From positions 186,001 to 250,000 of the forward strand of contig NMRA01000541.1 in the NCBI GenBank assembly GCA_002633005.1: 64,000 nt of DNA, in the 5' to 3' direction. The notes under the pieces were generated by a model. It was given only the letters and a program-made list of their open reading frames with translations, made no database searches and was not told the DNA's origin. The number at the start of each line of letters is the position of its first letter. The stretch's first letter is position 1. Positions 26,286 through 38,692 of this stretch are shown here, piece after piece. The position numbers and the translations under genes were made by a program. The stretch comes from Phoronis australis (Eukaryota > Animalia > Phoronida).

Positions 26286-26636
26286 TTTGTTCGCGGCCAT
26301 TTTGTATTCGATTTCACAGTCAAATACTTGTAGAGGCCGCATTTTTCGACCTACATGGCTGATTGGTACGAATATACTAGAACGCATGTGCTACAATTGT
26401 GCTGAAAATCGTTGACTTCCGGTTAAAGATGGCGGAAATATTGGACGTGGCGCATGCGCACCCCGAAATATGGCTAAAAACGTTTTCTTCTGTAGAGGGC
26501 GCAATTGCAAACCAATCACTTTCAAACTGGTCACGTGTTTGTTGAGTTTAATAAGCTTTTATAAAAAATTATTGAACCGGAAGTCACCTTCAAGATGGCG
26601 GCTGTGGGGCATGTTCACACGGTTTCAATCGCTCTG
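26150..26636 (+). mobile_element. Probable 5' end of a second Helentron-like family running into the gap
   Basis: Palindrome tacttggcggaattcttccgccaagta, then a T-tract (26249-26284) and acttccgg/aagatggcgg-type motifs. Confidence 0.4.
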
Positions 26637-27057
26637 NNNNNNNNNNNNNNNNNNNNNNNNNNNNNNNNNNNNNNNNNNNNNNNNNNNNNNNNNNNNNNNN
26701 NNNNNNNNNNNNNNNNNNNNNNNNNNNNNNNNNNNNNNNNNNNNNNNNNNNNNNNNNNNNNNNNNNNNNNNNNNNNNNNNNNNNNNNNNNNNNNNNNNNN
26801 NNNNNNNNNNNNNNNNNNNNNNNNNNNNNNNNNNNNNNNNNNNNNNNNNNNNNNNNNNNNNNNNNNNNNNNNNNNNNNNNNNNNNNNNNNNNNNNNNNNN
26901 NNNNNNNNNNNNNNNNNNNNNNNNNNNNNNNNNNNNNNNNNNNNNNNNNNNNNNNNNNNNNNNNNNNNNNNNNNNNNNNNNNNNNNNNNNNNNNNNNNNN
27001 NNNNNNNNNNNNNNNNNNNNNNNNNNNNNNNNNNNNNNNNNNNNNNNNNNNNNNNNN
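26637..27057. other. Assembly gap (N)
   Basis: Run of N. Confidence 1.
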
Positions 27058-27505
27058 TTGACCCAGACTGACCCAGCCAGCACTGTTCTACTGTAGACTG
27101 GACCGTCATGTGGCGCCATCTATTGTTCTTTATTGTAGTTGATTGTATGTTCTCTATTTGATTTTTTGCTAGTCACATGAATGTTATCGTGTTTGACAAA
27201 CTACCACTTTAGATAGAGTTTTGAACGGGCTTTCAGATGATAATTTCCATTTTGCGCTACGACGTCTACTTTTTGAATTATTCGAGATTTTCGGATACCG
27301 TTGTTCCTTCGGTCACTTATGCACTCAGCTGGCTGGCTTTCAGTTCACTTTGTTTTGATTATGCCTAGTTGACCCAGACTGACCCAGCCAGCACTGTTCT
27401 ACTGTAGACTGGACAGTCATGTGGCGCCATCTATTGTTCTTTATTGTAGTTCATTGTATGCTCTCTATTTGATTTCGTCGCTAGTCACATGAATGTTACC
27501 GTGTT
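27058..27505. repeat. Direct repeat of ~140 bp with ~310-bp period abutting the gap
   Basis: ttgacccagactgacccagcc...gctagtcacatgaatgtta occurs at 27058 and ~27369. Confidence 0.85.
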
Positions 27506-27772
27506 ATCCATTATTGCCGCCTTGATCGTCATGATTGTCGTCGTCGCTCTCATTGTCGTCTTTTCGATTAATTCCGCCAAGTGTCGCTCTTCCGAGCGCT
27601 CTCGTTTTGTAGATTTTATTATTTTTATTTCATAAATATAATAGTTATGCAAGTTTCTGTATGATGTTCTTCCTGTTGTACATAGTGTCATACACTGTTG
27701 TTATAGCAGCCCTAATTAAAATATATGCTGTATGATAGTACTGTACACTTTATACAGCCTGCGAATATATTC

Positions 27773-29492
27773 TTTTTATGCGCCCACATATTTATATGTG
27801 GACGCATTATGCCGTCATCTCCATCCGTCCGTCCGGTCGGCATCTGGCCGGCGTCCAGCGTCCGCTGCTCAATCTCCAAAACCCTTTGACTTGCGTTGAT
27901 GAAATTTGGCACATACGTTTCATTTATGAATGGGACAGCATGAGCAAACTTTCGGACGGATCTGACTACCGGTGTACCCCCTAATGGCCTTTTTAGTTTT
28001 TACGCTTACCTTTCTATCTTCAAAAGTCCTGAACGGATTTTCATGAAATTCGGTATGTAGGCACCTATTAGTGAGATGACGCTATCCTTCCGTTTTCGGA
28101 TAAATTCAACGTATTTTGCACCACCTAGTGGCCATTTTTACTGTTTTTTTGCGTCCAGCCCTCTATCAACTAAACCGCTCGAAGGATGGTTGTGAAAATT
28201 GGCATGTATGTGCTTACTATAAAGAGAACGGTTGACGATGACTTTCCGATGATTTCTACTACTGTGTCGCCTCTTAGTGGCAGTTTTTTTTTGCGCCTGT
28301 GGCTGTATCTCCTAAACTGTTCGCTGGATATTTACGAAATTTAGTAAGTGTGTTTATATGATGTTAACAACAGACGACGACGACTTTTGGAAGGATTCGA
28401 CTACAGGTGTGCCCTCTGGTGGCAGTTTTTTTACGTTTACCTTTGTATCTTCAAAAGTCCTCAACGGATTTTCTTGAAATTTAATATGTAGGCACCTATT
28501 AGTGAGGTGATGCTATCCCCCCGTTTTCGGATGGATTCGACGTAGTTTGCGCCACCTAGGGCCATTTTTACTGTTTTCAAGTCTGTTTTTTGCGTCCACC
28601 TCTCTATCAATCAAACCGCTTAAAGGATGATTGTGAAAATTGGCATGTATGTGCTACTATAAAGAGGACGGTTGACGATGATTTTCCGACGATATTGACT
28701 ACTGTGGCCCCTCCTAGTGGCAGTTTTGTTTCTGTTGTGCCTATGGCTGTTTCTCCTAAACCATTCGCAGGATCTTTACTTAATTTAGCAAGTGTGTTTA
28801 TATGATGTTGACTACGAATGACGACGACTTTCGGACGGATCTGACTACTGCTGTGCCCCCTAGTGGCAATTTTAGTTTTTTTTACGTTGAACTTGGTATC
28901 TTCAAAGGTCCTCAACAGATTTTCATAAAATTTTAATATTATAGGCATCTATTGGTGTGATGACGCTATCTTCCTGTTTTTGGATGGAATCGAGGTATTT
29001 TGCACCACCTAGTGGCCATTTTTGCTGTTTTGAAATCTTGTTTTTGTCCACCCTTGTATCAAACAAATCATTTGAAAATTGGCATATATGTTCTCAGTGT
29101 GAAGACTACCTTTGATGATGGTGACTGACTACTGTTGCGCCTCCTAGTGGTAGTTTTCTTTTGCACCCATAGTTGTATCTCTTAAACCTACTGCAGGATC
29201 TTTACTAAATTAAGTAAGTGTATTTGTCTGAAGATAACAACAGACGACGACTTTCAGGTGGATCCAATGGACACCGTGCCTTCTGGTGGCAATTTCTTTT
29301 TATTCTGTTTTCCTTTGTTTCTCTGAAGTTTCTTGACAGATTTTTATGAAATATAGCATGTTCCTGTCTTTGGATGGATTGTATGTTTTTTGCTCCATCT
29401 AGGCCGTTTTTATGATACAAATGAATAACCCTAAAAGCACACTATTTGCAATGCATTCGTGGGTGCATTTCAACGCTCTGCGTTGCTCTTCT
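27773..29492 (+). mobile_element. Full-length Helentron-type non-autonomous element (HINE/DINE-1-like), copy 3
   Basis: Same termini, (CCGT)n tract and tandem units as 21945-23623. Confidence 0.85.
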
Positions 29493-30858
29493 TTGCTTTT
29501 GTCTATGTCGGTATTATGAAAGAATTTTAATCAGAATTACATTTTTATTACTTCGTGTATGTCTTCACAGTGATTTGGAAACTGATGCTCTGACTATTAA
29601 GAAGTGTGTTACGTTTGTAAAACGATTTCCTTTAAATAAAATATTTTGAAACTTAGAGCCTCATGCCTTTCTTTTGTGATTGCCAGTCGAATGTCACATC
29701 ACTTTAGTTTTTTAAGTGGTAAATTTTAAATCCAACTTTGTCTACCCATTAATGGTTTAGCTGTTCATGCTGCACTTAATTTCGATATTAACCTGGATTA
29801 TCTCCAGGTTAAGAGTTAGTGTTCTACTTCATGGTTTTGACTTATGAAAATTTAGAAATTTTGCCTACATGGTATCTTAAAAACAGCTTATCAGACCCAA
29901 ATGAAACAGACACTATGTGATCGACCTTGTTCTTCAGATTAAACAGGGTTGTTTTTGAATAAGCTACTGTCAATAATTGAGGTTTTAATTGATTATTTTG
30001 GTTAATTGAATATTTGGTTTTCATCTTAAAAGCTGCATAAAATAAAAAAGGACATCTTGAAAATAATTTTGAGATATGTTCGTAAATATTTATGTGAAAT
30101 GAAATTTGGCCATGCTGATAATGCTTTATCTTTCCTGCAACATTGTTGCTTTGCTAAATTGTAGTAAAAGAAAACATGTTCATGTGAAAGCAGATTTGTG
30201 TTGAGTAGAAAATTCTGCAATCTTTCTATTTTCAGAAAACATGTACCTTATCCGAGTACAACTGTGGAATTTTGCAGAAAATTTGACTAAAAGCACATGC
30301 TTCTTGGTGAGGTTGTTCACCAGAAATTATCGCAATAGCAGAATTGCTACGCCGCCATATTGGAAATGGGTCAGAATGTTAGATTGTGGTTAAGCCAGTA
30401 AACAAGTATGTCGGCAAGCGTGGGGGCGAACCTGTTGTGTGCCTGGCTGCTATAATACCAGTTAGCGAGATAAAGAATTTAGTTACTACGTACCTGTTTC
30501 CCAAGGATCAATAACTGCATTAAACATTTGTCAGACACATCGGTAGAGCTGTTAGCAAAGGCCGACTTAGTGAATTCTTTCCGATTTCGTAGCATAAAGT
30601 ATGCAGCGCTCATTTTGAGGGCGGCAAGAAAACGTATCTTGGAAACTGCCCAACAATATTTCCCTTGAAAGAAACAGTAACAAATACTCCACGGCCGATG
30701 GTAGTGAAAAAAAAAATGTTTTCGCTTGACCAGAACCAAGCCAACGTGAGCAATTTTGAGGATATTGCCTCTGCACAATCACCTGTTCTGGGTCGACTCA
30801 CTTAACGTACGCACACTATATGCATTAACGCGCTAAGATAAAGCGTGCAGAATATTAC

Positions 30859-33119
30859 CAAGGAGTGTAGTAGTATAGGAGAGTTCACTTGTGAGTTCGG
30901 TGTTACCGCTACTACTAGCGCCGCCAAGTGCTGACTAAGCTAAGGTCAACCAGGAAGCACTAAAACAATGGGGAAGCACGCATTTTGTAATGCGATAAAT
31001 TGTATGAATTTATCCACGAAAACCCCAGACGTGTCATTTTAATGTGCCAGTTGGACCAATTAAGTTAAGCAGTGCGTCATTGAAAACTTAATTCTATGTG
31101 TCAATCATGCGGGGGCGCGGCCCTGTTAAAATATCCGTGGATCGACATTTGAGTCCGAGTTTTCACTCAGTTGACACCAAAACACTTTTGTCTATCACAA
31201 TCACAGTACGACAGGAATTCTGTAGTGTAGTGTACTTTAGTGTAGGCTACCAGTCTTCTGTGGACCTAGTGAGTATGAGGTTTGTTCCTGAGTCTCTCAG
31301 TCATTGATTTCTGTTCAGGTGCAAGCGCTGGGAGCTGACCTTATGAATAGAGATGCAGCCTATTTGTCCAAGAACTGCAAGTTATGCTCTCATCACTTTG
31401 AGGAGCACATGTTCATGAATGAAGAACAAGCTGGTATTGACTGCAATACCCGAACAATATTTGATGTCCCGAATCCACAAAAAATGAAGATGTCAGGGTC
31501 AAAAAGTTCTCGGGAAATTATATTAAGCTCTGGAATAGGCTTTTTTGCATTTCTGATTATCGTGTCACAAAGCAAGTACTGGAACATCATGTTTAGAAAG
31601 GACAATTAGTCAAAATTTGGTTTTCCTATTTTACTAAGGTTGATCAGATTGAAACATTTTATGAATGGTTAGCCTGTGATTTGGAGAGAGCCAAAGTGAA
31701 ACTGATGGATCATTCAGAGTCTGAATGGTGGGCTGAAATTTTGTTAACCCAAGCTATCCGTATCATGTTGCTTCTCGATGACAAACACCTCTGTGAGTAA
31801 ATTAGTTTTCAGCTTTATTTATAACGCATTTATTTGGCGAAAAGTGCTGTTATATACTAGTGAATTAATAGAGAGTGACAAGGTTGGTCAGATTTTCTTG
31901 TTGTATTGGTTTGTGTATGTGTTGCTTATTTTGTACGTTTTTAGAGATTGTGATTAATTTAAGCCCCGGTTGTGGCTTAAGGTATCAGATATGATCTTGT
32001 GGTCTGGCTTTAACTTACCTGAAATATTTACTGTTATTGATAATAGGAACAGTGGGTATATAAAATAAAATTTTGGTTTTGTCATCCAAGTCTTTTTAAT
32101 TCATTCAGTTTTGTATGAAGCTATGTGGGTAATGAATATTTTGATTGCTGTTCAGTACCTCTTAATTTTTTGTCATGACATTTTGAACTTTGACTAGTTA
32201 TGAAAGATGATATACTCAATGCTACTTCATTTTGTAAGTTGTGAGCTATTCTACAGATTAGCAAGTGACTTGTAACTGTTGGTGAGTGGGAGAGTGGGAT
32301 TGAGCCCTATACTGGCATGTCTAAGAAATAATGAAATGTTCTAAAATTGTATTACGATTTTGTGGTAATGATGAATTGCCTTGCTTTCTTCTTCTCACTC
32401 ACCCATTTCACAAAACAATTGTCTGCATTGCTAGTAGCCTGGTGCATTGAATAGGAACACGGGTGGAGATGAAACCAGCAGTGAGCTGGGAGCAACATGT
32501 TTGTCAATGGTCAGGGGAGCAACCAAAATGTGTGACCATGGGAGGGGCTCAACACCCATGTGGCATACATACCCATTGGTTTTTACCTGTTTAGCAATCC
32601 TCCCATGTAACCCCCCTGGGAGGGGGTCAACACCCATTTGGCGCCAACCTGGTTTTTGCCTGGTACCCCCTTAGCTGGCACCTGGGGGGAATTCCCCTCT
32701 GAACCCCCAGGAGCAATCACTCAAATTATGTAGTCCATGGAGGTATGAACTGTTATAAGGAACGATAACTGTCGTGTTAAGAAATCAAACATGAAACAAA
32801 ACCATGATGGATTTTGAAGGGAGCTTCAAGAGAATAATAACAAATACACTTTAATATTGATTAAAATACACATTTTCTTTCTCATGCTATCGTAAGTGGA
32901 TGTTAGTTTATGTATTCTAACCATTTTCAATCACACAATAATTTGATTGCACGTTGAATGTCATTAAAGTATGAATTTATCAGTGTTTACATTGTTCGGA
33001 CTGCGCTCCTAACTAAGTGTTGATTATTCACCGCTTGGGTCGCTAGTGCTTTGACCGGTAACCATTGCGGCGAATGGTAAAATGGCGGAGTGAACTCTCC
33101 TGTACTAGTACACTCCTTG
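30859..33119 (+). mobile_element. Non-autonomous P-element-superfamily transposon with a THAP remnant
   Basis: 31-bp TIR CAAGGAGTGTAGTAGTATAGGAGAGTTCACT (2 mismatches) and 7-bp TSD ATATTAC on both sides; split THAP MGKHAFCNAINC.N...VSF (30968-) and, after acceptor ttcag at 31318, CKRW..ADL...NCKLCSHHFE..MF...TIFDVPNP. Confidence 0.85.
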
Positions 33120-33126
33120 ATATTAC

Positions 33127-33790
33127 TTTCTACAAAATTGTGGTGCATTGCTATCAAAATTCGTTGTTAAATTATGATCATTTTTCTGAAAATTGTGCTG
33201 AAATCCCAGGGTGAAATCTCGTCAACAAATGCGTAGCTGCCCGCAATACGAGAAAAATCTCTGGAGGAACACACATGTTGTTGTCACGTTTGTTTTGAAG
33301 TTTGTATGTGCGTGTGTGAGAGTAAGCGTGCGTGTGCTTGACATCAGAGTTCATTTGCCAGAGTAAATGCGATGTAATGATCTAGGTGTGCCTTGTATAC
33401 AAAGAAATTAAGTCAAGCAGAGCGTGTTTTAAAATTTAGCTTAGCACTTGCTGGCCTCATCTGCTAAAAAACGTTCGAGAATTGTTTCGGTAAGACCGAT
33501 ATGTCACTCATTGAGTCGTCGGGTGGGATGCGTGACCGTAGTGTAACAGCTATTTTCCTGAAGATTCGGGGTGTAAGGGTGCGAATGTATTCACTATCAG
33601 TGGGTCATTTTGACCTTAAAAACACCAATTATGATTAGTTAAATAATTTCTCTTAAAAATAATGCATAAGTTTTTTATGGTACTAGAAACTTTCGGAAAT
33701 TAGTGCCAATATTTATTTCTTGCCGATGCTATGTTACCCGTTTCATGAATAGATTATAGTTCCCGACTAATTGTCTTCGATGACAGTCGA
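33127..33790 (+). mobile_element. Partial second copy of the pogo-like family at 10305-11771, interrupted by the P-type element
   Basis: Collinear similarity to ~10475-11295 (tacaaaat.gtggtgcattgctatcaaa; tttcttgccgatgctatg.tacccgtttcatgaat). Confidence 0.75.
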
Positions 33791-34478
33791 TACATTATGC
33801 AGCGGCATGGGCACTTGTTAGGGTGAATAGCGGCAGAATTACATACAGCAGCGTAGTTTAATGCCTATAAATCACACATTGTGCAAACCAATCGGCTATT
33901 CCACATACCCTAATCAATCCCAATAGCCTTTGCGCACCCTAATTTCCGGACATGCGCAATCGTTAAAATCGATTCGGTTGCAACTCCACTATTCTCTACC
34001 CTTTATAGTATGCAAGTTAATTGCTTCACCATAATAGCAACAGTTGTGAAAAAAACAGTTGTGAATGACCTCTTGACCTGAGAAAGTATAGTTCCCTGAA
34101 ACTCAGTTATCTTCTGCTGAGCTGGACAATAGGTCACACTTTGTGCATTACATTCAGAATAATAGAGGGGCAATAAACTTGGGGCAATAAAGTGTGCACT
34201 AAAGTGGCTGAATTTCACCAAGGTTTGCCACGATATGTGGTCAGATATAACGTGCCCACATTTTGAGAACCTCCACTAAATAATGGGCATCAAATTAGTT
34301 CTCAAAATACCGGCATGCTATATCCGACCAATGCCCAAAATAGTTTCCTATGTTTGAGAAATGTGATTGCTCACCAAAATTGTTTGTATCACAATTTTTA
34401 TAACCAAGAAGATGCAATTTCGGCTTAAAATTTGGTATCCCAAACCTTAGAGATTGTCACCAATTGGAGAATTTTTAT

Positions 34479-35020
34479 CGTATGTTGAAGAATACATAAT
34501 AACATATTGTACGTTGATGAAGAATACATAATAACATATTGTACGTTGATGAAGAATACATAAGAACATACTGTACGTTGATGAACAATACATAATAACA
34601 TGTTGTATGTCGATGAATACATAACATATAAAACATGAAAATCGACACCAAAACAAGGGGGGGGAGCAATCTGTGTAAGCCTCAGTGGGGCGTATAAGAT
34701 AAATAGGTTATACAATGTACGTGTTTGTACCAGAGTGTTATATCTCGATTCGTGATATGCAAAAGTATTTGAACTTGGGCTTTGCCCTCGTTCAAACACT
34801 TTTACATATCACAAATCTCGATATTATAACCATTGGTACAAACACATGCATTGTTTAACCTATATGTACGTTGATGAAGAATACATAATGACATATTGTA
34901 CAATGGTGAAGAATACATAATAAAATATTGTACGTTGATGAATACCTAACATATTGCATATTGATGATGAATACATAATAACATATTGTACATTGAATGA
35001 AGAATGCATAGTAACATATC
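34479..35020. repeat. ~32-bp minisatellite in two blocks (34479-34630, 34864-35020)
   Basis: Unit attgtacgttgatgaagaatacataataacat. Confidence 0.9.
34703..34863. mobile_element. Palindromic (hairpin) MITE
   Basis: ataggtta...tttgaac..GGGC-TTT-GCCC..gttcaaa...taacctat; imperfect ~80-bp arms. Confidence 0.75.
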
Positions 35021-35266
35021 TAAGCTAAAGGAGTGTAAATTGTAAGCACAAGGAGTCTAAATTGTAGGCTGTGTTACACAGAGCTGGTTTCATAAAGAAC
35101 TGCTTTTACTGACTTTGCATGTTGATTTCAAAAGATCTATTGTGTGTGGCACTGGTGATTTACAACTGTTCACAAAACTAAGCCACCATGCGTCCTAGTT
35201 ACCCCCTCCAAGCCTAAAATCTGATTGAATATGGGGTTTTTGGCATCAAGTCCAATTTAATCTTAA

Positions 35267-36878
35267 AGGAGAATGCCACCCGATTTAATTAGTCTTTTTT
35301 ACCATCTGAATTGGTCTATATCCACATCGCCTCACATACGGTCGACCTTACCTTGCCAAGAGGTGTCTTGCTAACCTGTGAGGAAGGTGAGAAACGACGC
35401 AGCGATGTCAGTGGTTCATTTGCAGAGTGAATGCGGCTATGTTGCGGTGCATCGTTCCCGCTTGTTCAAACCGTATGCAGCTGCGAGGAAAGTGGGTATA
35501 TCATTTTTTCAACTTCCTCGAGAGTCCGAAATGCTTAGGAAGTGGCTCGCGGTAGTGAAGAATGAAAAGTATGCTGTAAATAGCAAGTATGAGGCCGTGA
35601 AACATCTCCGTGTCTGGGGCCTGCAGTCGTCGACAGTGAGTCTGAAGAATGCCGGCTTACCAAATATATGTTCCGTTGCCTGAGCTTGTTCACGGCACCT
35701 CTCGGTTCGAACTGATAGCCTGTGACACTTAACTATCCACCTGCGAAGTCTTCGTCGGATGAGCTCTCGTCTAAGTTGGGATTGTGAGTTGCCATGTTGA
35801 TGTTTATTACAGAGCATTCTGATTCAAATTGAATTATTCTCATCCTAACCAATACATATATAAAACTGAAACAAAGTCTGTCTCATTAGATGCAATTTGT
35901 AATACCTTTGGCGTGTTCGCGAGTGCAAATGATTTGAGAAGCCTGCAATGAATAAATGACTGAGTTACGCGGCTTTAGGTGCAATAAAACTAATTGACCG
36001 GACATCGAGGCCGTGTGAGCGCATACCAATTCAGTGTTTGCTAACAGAAACTGTTGTGAAACAATAACTCTATTTTCTATCCCACTGCCAGGCGTTAGGA
36101 GAATCTTTATTTACCTATACATTATTAAAATAATGATTGTCAATGTACAACTTCTGCGCTGACGGTTCTGTGGCCAAAGGGGAACCTGAATTCGCGGCCC
36201 TGACTAGTAAGTAGATTTGCAGTTTCATGGCTAATTCACCAACATAATCACGTGCACATTATACTTCTTTGGCTCACTAGTATAGTATTTTCTTGACTGG
36301 AAGTTTAGTTCTCAACTTTAGCTGGTTTATGTTTGTTAGTCAGTCTGGCCGCGACGGGCCTGATCGGGTTCCGAGCCACTGGCTGGGATAACATGCGTTT
36401 TGTGTGTTCAGAACTTACAAAATCACAAGTCTAAACAACACAGATCTAGGTTCGCCTGTCTGTATTTCACGGAAGAATGAATTTATCTCCAAACAGACCC
36501 CAAACTCCTGCTACGGACCTTGGTAAATTGGCCTGCTGAACTTTTTAGGCTGTGATGTGTCCAAATAGTAAAGCCGTAACAGCGAAATAAAACAACACGT
36601 TCTTATAAGAACTCGGTGTATTTTTAAGGGTTTTACATGGAAGTTTGATGATCGTTGGTGTTAAACGATGAATTCAAGCGATAAGCTGACTCCAGTAACC
36701 GGTGTTGTGAACTGCTGAACACTGAGATTGTGTGTGAACCCAATGACGTCATTGGATAATTTCAACACCTCCGTCCGCCGTCAGGTGTCGGGTAATGCAA
36801 CCAAACATGGCGTTATCAAGTAGAACTACTCGATCTAAATTGATACGAAATAGGTTGTTATTTGGGTGGCATGCTCCT
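35267..36878 (+). mobile_element. Kolobok-type non-autonomous element with a THAP remnant
   Basis: TTAA|AGGAGAATGCCACCC ... GGGTGGCATGCTCCT|TTAA; THAP-like GISFFQLP...LRKWL...HLRV at ~35420-35690. Confidence 0.8.
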
Positions 36879-37043
36879 TTAACTTCAGTTGTAATACATG
36901 CAGTAGTTGAATTTCAAGTGACGTTACCACTTGGTCACAAAATGCAATTGTCACCACCAGAAATGGTGAACCTACTTTCTGTTGAAAATCTGAAAATCGA
37001 AAAACAGATAATTGTGTATTGAATTTTATCCCTTTATTTCCAG

Positions 37044-38123
37044 GAGTTGGTTTTGGTTTATCGTATGCACCAAGTATTGTGATTCTGGGACGGTACTTCA
37101 ATAAACGACGTGCACTTGCTAATGGACTAGCAGGTTCTGGTGGTGGATTGGGAGGTTTTGTTGTCCCGTTCGTAGTGCGTCTGTCCATAAATGAATACGG
37201 CCTGCAGGGGGCACTCTTTGTAATGACTGGCATCATTTTGAATCTGGTGGTGGTCGCTGCTCTGTATCGCTCCCTGGACTTTTATGATAAGACTGAAGAG
37301 AAAGCAAGTGTGGAAATGAGAGGCCACTCTGCTCTTAACACTGGTACTGGTGAGGTCAGTTCAGGGCTAACTGTTGACACCAGTAAGGTGTACCGTACAG
37401 CTAGTTGCAGTGAAATGCCACGTGTGAGGGAAGATCTACAATATAATATTGACCGACATCAAGTGTCTCTGAGTTTCACAAATGTCTACACTGGTATTTC
37501 TGATAGGCAGGAATATCGCAGTCAATTGCCTGTCTTGCTTACAGCATCCATGCAATTGAATGAAACGGGCCAGCAGTTGAATGGTCAAAAGGGTATTTCA
37601 GATGGTAACTCTTTGAGTCAGAACACAGGGTGTTATTGTAATACATGTTGTAAGCTAATGTTTGACTGGAGCTTGTTGAGGGATCCTGTATTACTTATTC
37701 TACTCACCGCAGCATCACTAGGAATGGGCGGCTATCCTACTATTTTGTTGATGTACCCACCACACATGGATGACTTAAACTTCTCCAAACAAGATGTTGT
37801 CATTGTTTTAAGCGTTTCCAATGTGTTGGATTTTGTTGGGCGTATATCTATCGGTTGGGTAACAGATCAAGTGCCTGTCAAGCGTTATGTATATGCTACA
37901 TGCCTGTTAGCTTGTAGTTTGGCTACTTTGATAGTTCTCTTCTCTGCCTCGTATGCAGCCATGATGGTCAGCTTCTGTCTCTATGGATTCTTTGGTGGTG
38001 CATACATGAGCCTCTTCGCCGTGATTCTTGCTGATGAGATGGGCATGCAAGCTTTGTCTGTTACGCTGGGCTTGTCTGTGTTTTGTCAGGCACTTTTGCA
38101 ACTTATTGTCAACCCTATAATAG
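37044..38123 (+). CDS. MCT/SLC16-like coding exon 4 (TM4-TM11 and central loop)
   Basis: tttccag|GA...ATAG|gtagg, 1080 nt; contains the MCT signature GRYFNKRRALANGLAGSG and LDFVGRI; lies inside the 380-aa ORF 37019-38161. Confidence 0.95.
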
Positions 38124-38692
38124 GTAGGAATATTTATACCCTCCTTGGTTGTGAGGTGTAGACTGTGCTAGGCTTAATTCTCTCAGAAGTGCTTTCAAGC
38201 ACCTCCTCGTTACTCCATCTAGTGTTAGGGCTCAAAAATAGCTTATTCCAGATCTATTTGACTCACAGTCATAGTGCTGCCACCCTTGGCTATGGGTGCA
38301 GTTACGGGTACTTCAATGGCTCTTGCGCTATTTAGACTCAGAAATGTGCACCTTTGTAAGACTATTTTTAGATGTTTTAGAAGTTATCTCTTTAATTATT
38401 GTAATTTCGTATGACGCTTTTGTGGGTCCATCAATACTTTGAAACTTGATAGGCTACAATGTCAAGCACTGAAGTTTATGTTCTATGATTGGCTTGAACT
38501 GAGTATTCTTCTGGTCTACAAAGCTGTGCACTATTTGTCTCCCCTCCCCCCAATCAATATATTTGTCTCATAATCTTCATGACAAAAATCAATGCGTCAA
38601 CCAGTCTCAACTTGTTCTCTGTGCTTGGAAGCCATGCAGGCTTTGCAACCATGAATTACCCAACAATGTAAAATTACTATGAACAGCTTTAC

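Noticed and set aside
26470-27119. ORFs of 158-208 aa (also those at 57671-58003)
   Set aside because: They run through N gaps.
29788-29812. TTAA-CCTGGA...TCCAGG-TTAA mini palindrome resembling piggyBac ends
   Set aside because: Only 10-bp arms; could be chance and cannot be supported as an element.
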